From NCBI GenBank assembly GCA_028865035.1, contig JAGWLB010000003.1:2247-66246 (forward strand): a stretch of DNA of 64,000 nucleotides. The letters run 5' to 3'. The notes under the pieces were generated by a model, which was not told where the DNA came from, ran no database searches, and was given only the letters and a program-made list of their open reading frames with translations. A program made the translations under genes and the position numbers. Of this stretch, positions 58,638 to 64,000 are shown one piece after another. The stretch is from Patescibacteria group bacterium (GTDB lineage: Bacteria > Patescibacteriota > Minisyncoccia > Phycocordibacterales > UBA9973). How positions within the stretch are numbered: position 1 is the first letter of the stretch; each line of letters starts with the position of its first letter.

Positions 58638-59417
58638 CTATTCATTAATATTTGTACTTACCTCAATCTGTTTGTTAATCTTGATGTCTTCAAAGGTATT
58701 ATTTTGTATAACATCGATAATACCTTCTCTTACTAATTCTAACATAGCTAAAAATGAAATAATAATGTGTACACGCGCTTCACTTACATTACTTGCATTA
58801 TGGCTCATAGCAAATTCTTTAAATGACATATTTATAGCATTTTGAATGCGACCTGTAAGCTTATCTATGACTTCATCTATATTAATTATTTTTTTAACTT
58901 CAACTTCTGGTAATTTTTCTTCTTTCTTAGGGATATGATCAAGTACAGTATTTATAAATTGCGACATCGAATCCGTTGTAATGTGTGGATCTGGCGAAAA
59001 TATCGGCTCACTCCAAATTCTTTCAAGCGGAGAGAATATTACTTTTACTCCAAAATTATTTTTAATATCTACACTTGCATTTTTTATGATTTGATAAAGT
59101 TTTAATCTTTTCTCCAAATCTGTAATTTTCTCAGTTTCGTCTTCTGTTAATGCAAGGCTTGGAAGTAATGACTTTGACTTTATGAGAATAAGAGTTGCGG
59201 CTATAAGTATGAAATAAGACACATCAGCTATACGTTTATCTGTAGGTACATCAGATAAGGAACGGATATATGATATGTAATCATCTGTAACTTGAGCAAG
59301 GGAGATCTCGTTTACAAATAATTTACGACTTTCTATAAGTGAAAGCAGAAGTTCTAACGGCCCTTCAAATTGCCCAGTACGAACTCTATAAGTCGATGTG
59401 GTATTTTCTTCTACCAT
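58638..59417 (-). CDS. scpA: Segregation and condensation protein A (kleisin)
   Basis: FEGPLELLLSLIESRKL.V.EISLA..TD.Y. 259 aa. Confidence 0.8.
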   Translation of the reverse strand: MVEENTTSTYRVRTGQFEGPLELLLSLIESRKLFVNEISLAQVTDDYISYIRSLSDVPTDKRIADVSYFILIAATLILIKSKSLLPSLALTEDETEKITDLEKRLKLYQIIKNASVDIKNNFGVKVIFSPLERIWSEPIFSPDPHITTDSMSQFINTVLDHIPKKEEKLPEVEVKKIINIDEVIDKLTGRIQNAINMSFKEFAMSHNASNVSEARVHIIISFLAMLELVREGIIDVIQNNTFEDIKINKQIEVSTNINE

Positions 59418-59418
59418 A

Positions 59419-59871
59419 TTAATTTTTTATTTTATCTGCAACTTTTTTAAGCCAATCATCATCTGCACGTTTGTAATCATGAGTAGATATATATCCTTCG
59501 TATTTATCAAAATATTTTTCTTCTTTACTAATACGTTCTTTCCATTCATCAGATTTAGTCCCATGCATTGGAAAAAGTTTTGCATGTATATGATTAACTC
59601 CAAATCCTTCAAATATCATACCTGTGCGACCAACATCTTCTAGTTTTTTATCAATAAGTTTACCTACTTTTTTCGCAGCAAGCACCAAATCTGTAAGTAC
59701 ATTATCTGGTAAATCAAAAGCATAACTATCATAATGCTCTTTTGTGACAACAACAGTTAACCCTTCGGTATTAGGAAAAATACTTAAAAATGCCAAATGT
59801 TTGTCGTCTTCCCATATTTTATATGAAGGAGATTCACCTTTTATTATTTTACAAAAAATACATTCATTCAT
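59419..59871 (-). CDS. HIT-family (histidine triad) hydrolase
   Basis: CIFCKII.GE.PSYKIWEDD...AFL N-terminal Zn-motif and an H-x-H-x-H-like HIHAKLFP triad region. 150 aa. Confidence 0.7.
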   Translation of the reverse strand: MNECIFCKIIKGESPSYKIWEDDKHLAFLSIFPNTEGLTVVVTKEHYDSYAFDLPDNVLTDLVLAAKKVGKLIDKKLEDVGRTGMIFEGFGVNHIHAKLFPMHGTKSDEWKERISKEEKYFDKYEGYISTHDYKRADDDWLKKVADKIKN

Positions 59872-59873
59872 AA

Positions 59874-61262
59874 TTACTTTATAATTTTAATACCCAACTC
59901 TTTTAATTGTTTTTCTGATGCTTCAGATGGTGCACCCATCATAAGGTCTCTTCCCTCACCTGTTTTTGGAAAAGCAATAACTTCACGTATATTGGGTTCA
60001 TTCTCAAGGAGCATTACAATACGATCAATACCTTGAGCACAACCGCCGTGTGGTGGAGCACCATATTCAAATGCATTTAACATATGGCCAAAACGAGCTT
60101 CTATCGTTTCCTTACTTAATCCTAATAGTTCAAATATTTTATTTTGTAATTCTCTTTGGTGAATTCTTATAGATCCGCCACCTAACTCATATCCGTTCAA
60201 AACAATGTCGTAAGCATTCGCTCGTACAGATAATGGATCAGAGTCTAACAAGTGCATATCCTCAGATTTTGGTGAAGTAAATGGATGATGTACAGCTTGT
60301 ACTCCACCTTCCTTGTCTTTCTCAAACATTGGGAAATCTATAATCCAACAGAAGGCCAACTCATCTGGATCGTTTTTATCTTTTCTCAAATCTGGTTTAT
60401 CATTACCATATTTTTCCATAGATTCTTTATAAGTAATACGAGGGAAAGGAATTTGCTGTATTTTTTTATTTGGATATACAGATTGAACCATTTTTATAAA
60501 CATATCTTCTGTATATGAAATAATATCTTCTTGCTCAATAAAAGACATTTCATAATCTAGTTGTGTGAATTCAGGTTGGCGATCTCCTCTGGTATCTTCA
60601 TCACGCATACATTTTGCAATTTGAAAATACTTTTCAAATCCTGCCACCATACATAGCTGTTTAAATTGTTGAGGAGATTGAGGTAACACGTAAAAGTTTC
60701 CAGGCTCTAGTCTTGATGGTACAAGATATTCACGTGAACCTTCGGGGGTACCCTTAGTCATAATTGGTGTTTCAATATCAAGGAAACCATTCTCATGCAT
60801 ATGATTACGGAAAAAAGTTACGATCTTATCACGTACTCTCAAATTCTTTTGCATACGCTCAGTACGAAGATCAAGGTATTTGTATTTCATTCTTACATCC
60901 TCATTTATACCTATGGTATTTTCGTTTATTACAAATGGAGTAGTTATTGCTTCATTTAAAACTTCAATATTAATGATTTCCAGTTCTATATCTCCATTTA
61001 CGACACCTTCTTTTATATTTCGCTCGGGTCGTTTGTTGACTATACCTGAAATTTTAAGAACCCATTCGGTACGAACTTCTTTTACTTGTTCCATAGCTTC
61101 AGTATGATTTGGTAATACAACACACTGAACCTTACCACTCATATCACGCATATCCATAAACACAAGCTTACCTTGATCACGTCTAATATCTACCCATCCA
61201 GCTATTAGAACTTCTTGACCTATATAATTATTCAAATCTTTAATGTAAATACGTTTTGTCAT
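59874..61262 (-). CDS. aspS: Aspartyl-tRNA synthetase, short (archaeal/non-discriminating-type) class II enzyme
   Basis: N-terminal OB anticodon-binding domain. Class II motifs include [13 protein letters not shown] and the terminal [17 protein letters not shown]...[10 protein letters not shown], which are AspRS-like rather than AsnRS-like. 462 aa. Confidence 0.7.
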   Translation of the reverse strand: MTKRIYIKDLNNYIGQEVLIAGWVDIRRDQGKLVFMDMRDMSGKVQCVVLPNHTEAMEQVKEVRTEWVLKISGIVNKRPERNIKEGVVNGDIELEIINIEVLNEAITTPFVINENTIGINEDVRMKYKYLDLRTERMQKNLRVRDKIVTFFRNHMHENGFLDIETPIMTKGTPEGSREYLVPSRLEPGNFYVLPQSPQQFKQLCMVAGFEKYFQIAKCMRDEDTRGDRQPEFTQLDYEMSFIEQEDIISYTEDMFIKMVQSVYPNKKIQQIPFPRITYKESMEKYGNDKPDLRKDKNDPDELAFCWIIDFPMFEKDKEGGVQAVHHPFTSPKSEDMHLLDSDPLSVRANAYDIVLNGYELGGGSIRIHQRELQNKIFELLGLSKETIEARFGHMLNAFEYGAPPHGGCAQGIDRIVMLLENEPNIREVIAFPKTGEGRDLMMGAPSEASEKQLKELGIKIIK

Positions 61263-61308
61263 ATTAGATTACTTTATCATAAATAAATAAATACTATAAA
61301 TTGCTGTT

Positions 61309-61581
61309 TTAATGTATATCGTTAGCTATTACAAATTCATATGGTACAGAGACTATAAATGTTATAGCCACTAACGTCCAGTAAAATGGTGTAAAAGCAC
61401 GATAAATTACGATGTCTTCAGTTTTCATTTTGAAATACCATTTCTGAACTTTAGTATTAAACTTATTAAGTGGTATGTAGACAATACCAATTACAATGGT
61501 AAGAATTACTCTCACGAATTTAACTGATCGAATTATAAATAAAATTCCAGCAACTATAATAATTATAGAAATAATTTTCAT
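61309..61581 (-). CDS. Small 3-TM membrane protein, hypothetical
   Basis: 90 aa, entirely hydrophobic helices. Confidence 0.3.
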   Translation of the reverse strand: MKIISIIIIVAGILFIIRSVKFVRVILTIVIGIVYIPLNKFNTKVQKWYFKMKTEDIVIYRAFTPFYWTLVAITFIVSVPYEFVIANDIH

Positions 61582-61584
61582 ACA

Positions 61585-62556
61585 TTATATATTTACACCA
61601 ATATTACTGCGAATAATATTCATTTTAGTATCAGCTATACTTTTTGCTTTTTCTTTACCTTTATTTAGAATTTCTTTGACCGTATCTATATTGTTACGAT
61701 ACATTTCTCTTCGTTCACGCATAGGTTTTACAAGAGCTAAAATTTCTTCAAATAACATCTCTTTAGATTCTTTGTAACTCATTCCTCCTTTGGAATATTT
61801 ATCACGCAAATTCTGTAATTGTTCTCCTTGTAAGAAAAGTTTATGTAAAGCAAAGATATTACATTCATCTGGATTTTTTGGTTCTTCTGGTGTTTTGGAA
61901 TCAGTAACTATACCCATAACTGCTTTTTTTATTTCTTCATCAGTACCGAAAAGTGGAATTGTATTTTTATAACTTTTACTCATCTTTTGCCCATCGGTAC
62001 CTGGTATCGTAGCAACATCTTTCATTATTAATTCTTTTGGTAAAATAAATGTATCACCATATATTTTATTGAATTTTTGTGCTGTATCTCGAGCATATTC
62101 CACGTGTTGTTTTTGATCTGAGCCAACAGGTACGATTTCAGGATCATAAAGTAATATATCTGCGGCCATAAGCATTGGATAATTAAAAGTTCCTACGTTA
62201 ATTTCTGCATTTTTTGCTTCAGCATCTTTATATGCATGGGCACGCATAAGATAAGGCATAGTTGTTATAGTATCGAATATCCAAGCAAGCTCAGTATGTG
62301 CGCTTATATCTGATTGCTTAAATATTATTACTTTTTCTGGATCTATACCTATACCAAGATAATCCAAAGTGACATCTAGAATATTTTTCTCCATTTCTTG
62401 CTTATTGTGAATAAAGTTAAGAGCATGATAATCAGCTATCATAACAAAAGATTCATATTCGTCTTGTAAATCAACGAATTGACGCATAGCGCCAAAGTAA
62501 TTGCCTATATGTGGTGCACCTGTTGGTTTGACTCCCGAAAGTAATCGTTTCTTCAT
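61585..62556 (-). CDS. trpS: Tryptophanyl-tRNA synthetase
   Basis: Start MKKRLLSGVKPTGAPHIGNYFGA (HIGH-type) at 62556, with a later KMSKS. The track's extension to 62595 is rejected. Confidence 0.85.
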   Translation of the reverse strand: MKKRLLSGVKPTGAPHIGNYFGAMRQFVDLQDEYESFVMIADYHALNFIHNKQEMEKNILDVTLDYLGIGIDPEKVIIFKQSDISAHTELAWIFDTITTMPYLMRAHAYKDAEAKNAEINVGTFNYPMLMAADILLYDPEIVPVGSDQKQHVEYARDTAQKFNKIYGDTFILPKELIMKDVATIPGTDGQKMSKSYKNTIPLFGTDEEIKKAVMGIVTDSKTPEEPKNPDECNIFALHKLFLQGEQLQNLRDKYSKGGMSYKESKEMLFEEILALVKPMRERREMYRNNIDTVKEILNKGKEKAKSIADTKMNIIRSNIGVNI

Positions 62557-62661
62557 ATTGTTAAATAATAGCAAAAAAGCGATAGTTTTGCACATATTAA
62601 TAACATATTTTTCCTATAATCTTGTATTTTGAATATCTACACTTATGCTACAATAAGTCTT

Positions 62662-64000
62662 ATGTCTGAATACAATTCAAAACGCAAATCAAACCTACGT
62701 GTACCTCCGCAAAGTATTGATGCCGAGAAATCCGTATTAGGCTCTATAATGATTCGCCCAGGTGCTATCCACGAGATTAACGATATTATAAGAGAAGAAT
62801 CATTTTATGTATCAAAACATTCTCAGATTTATAAAATAATGTTAGAACTTTCAAGTAAAGGTGATCCTATCGATATAATTTCATTGTCACATAAACTTGA
62901 AGAAAAAGGATTACTAGAACAAATTGGTGGAAGTAACTATCTCAGTGAACTCACAAATACTGTACCAGCTTCTACGAATATAAAGCATTACGCAGAGATA
63001 GTTAATAAAAAATATATCCTAAGAAAAATAATTGATGCTGGGTCTGATATTTCTGAGTTAGGTTTTCGTGAAGATGTCGATGATGTTTTTGAAACTTTAG
63101 ATAAGGCTGAGAAAAGAATGATGGGTATTAACAATAATGCAGGTAGTCATGCTTTTGTTTCATTAAAAGACAGTTTGCCTGAAGCTTGGGAAAGATTAGA
63201 GAAACTTCATGAGAGTAAAGGAGAACTTCGAGGTGTACCGACTGGTTTCCATGATCTTGATCAGTATCTTTCTGGTTTTCAAAAATCTGATCTAATAATA
63301 TTAGCAGCACGACCATCTGTAGGTAAAACAACTTTAGCCTTAGATGTAGCTCGTCAAGCAGCACTAAATAGTGGTACACCAATAGTCATATTCTCACTTG
63401 AAATGAGTACTCAACAACTAGTAGACAGAATGCTAGCAGCACAATCTAAAGTAAATTCATGGAATCTTCGAACAGGCAATTTATCTGCTGAGAATGAATT
63501 TTCGAAAATACGTGACTCACTTGACAAACTTTCTCGTGCACCAATATTTGTAGATGATATGGCAGGTAACTCTATAGTAAGAATGAGGTCAGTATGCCGT
63601 CGTATTCGTGCAGAACATGGATTAGGAATGATTATTGTAGATTATCTGCAACTTATGTCTACATCAAAAAATTATGACAGTATGGTCAACCAGGTAACGG
63701 AGATATCTAGATCGCTTAAAGCTTTAGCAAAGGAGTTTGATGTTCCCGTACTTGCACTATCACAGCTCTCTCGTGCTGTTGAATCTAGAGGTGGTAGACC
63801 ACGTTTATCAGACTTAAGAGACTCAGGATCTATTGAGCAGGATGCTGATGTTGTTATGTTCTTACATCGCGAAGATAAGGGTAAAGATGAGTCAGAACAT
63901 ACAAATATAGTAGAAGTGCTTATAGAAAAACATCGTAATGGCCCTGTAGGTAAAGTAGAATTATATTTTGACCAGAAATTAACAACTTTTATTTCACTTC
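62662..64000 (+). CDS. dnaB: Replicative DNA helicase DnaB (partial; the C-terminus lies beyond the window)
   Basis: MSEYNSKRKSNLRVPPQSIDAEKSVLGSIMIRP N-terminal domain, Walker A LIILAARPSVGKTTLAL, Walker B IIVDYLQLM, the SRAVESRGG Arg finger, and LSDLRDSGSIEQDAD. Confidence 0.85.
   Translation, partial: MSEYNSKRKSNLRVPPQSIDAEKSVLGSIMIRPGAIHEINDIIREESFYVSKHSQIYKIMLELSSKGDPIDIISLSHKLEEKGLLEQIGGSNYLSELTNTVPASTNIKHYAEIVNKKYILRKIIDAGSDISELGFREDVDDVFETLDKAEKRMMGINNNAGSHAFVSLKDSLPEAWERLEKLHESKGELRGVPTGFHDLDQYLSGFQKSDLIILAARPSVGKTTLALDVARQAALNSGTPIVIFSLEMSTQQLVDRMLAAQSKVNSWNLRTGNLSAENEFSKIRDSLDKLSRAPIFVDDMAGNSIVRMRSVCRRIRAEHGLGMIIVDYLQLMSTSKNYDSMVNQVTEISRSLKALAKEFDVPVLALSQLSRAVESRGGRPRLSDLRDSGSIEQDADVVMFLHREDKGKDESEHTNIVEVLIEKHRNGPVGKVELYFDQKLTTFISL

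Noticed and set aside
62596-62661. T-box or riboswitch leader for trpS, gltX or aspS
   Set aside because: Upstream non-coding regions are under 70 nt, or overlap neighbouring genes. Too short for T-box leaders.

Overview
Roughly 64 kb of a low-GC (about 30%), gene-dense bacterial chromosome, with about 85 genes on both strands and short spacers. Most of it is housekeeping: a complete F1Fo ATP synthase operon (atpI-like, atpB, E, F, H, A, G, D, C), central carbon genes (gap, eno, a shortened pyk, fba, a PfkB kinase, a split transketolase, rpe, rpiB), cell-wall and division genes (mraY, ftsW, murG, scpA, scpB), tRNA synthetases (gltX, aspS-like, trpS), gatB, ribosomal proteins (L9, L27, L31, L25), RF1, dnaB (partial), two tRNAs, a cold-shock protein and a DEAD-box helicase. 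The gene content (split tkt, a minimal pyk, gatB with a short AspRS, many small exported proteins) fits a reduced-genome, possibly Patescibacteria/CPR-like organism using the standard code. That is inference only. No CRISPR array, transposase or integrase was recognised. The most unusual regions are: (1) a sharply bounded high-GC (about 55-60%) foreign gene cassette with its own consensus promoter, terminator and a perfect 96-bp tandem duplication (47.56-48.50 kb); (2) an FMN-binding protein / ApbE flavin transferase / NqrB-like::NqrF-like fusion module that looks like a minimal NQR/RNF-derived transmembrane flavin electron-transfer system (24.3-27.3 kb); (3) an SOS operon in which a Gram-positive-type LexA box lies exactly in the spacer of a near-consensus promoter driving small ORF - lexA - Pif1-family helicase; (4) a glycerate-utilisation operon containing a pyruvate kinase that lacks the B and C domains; (5) a sipW-type signal peptidase flanked by two proteins with TasA-type signal peptides.
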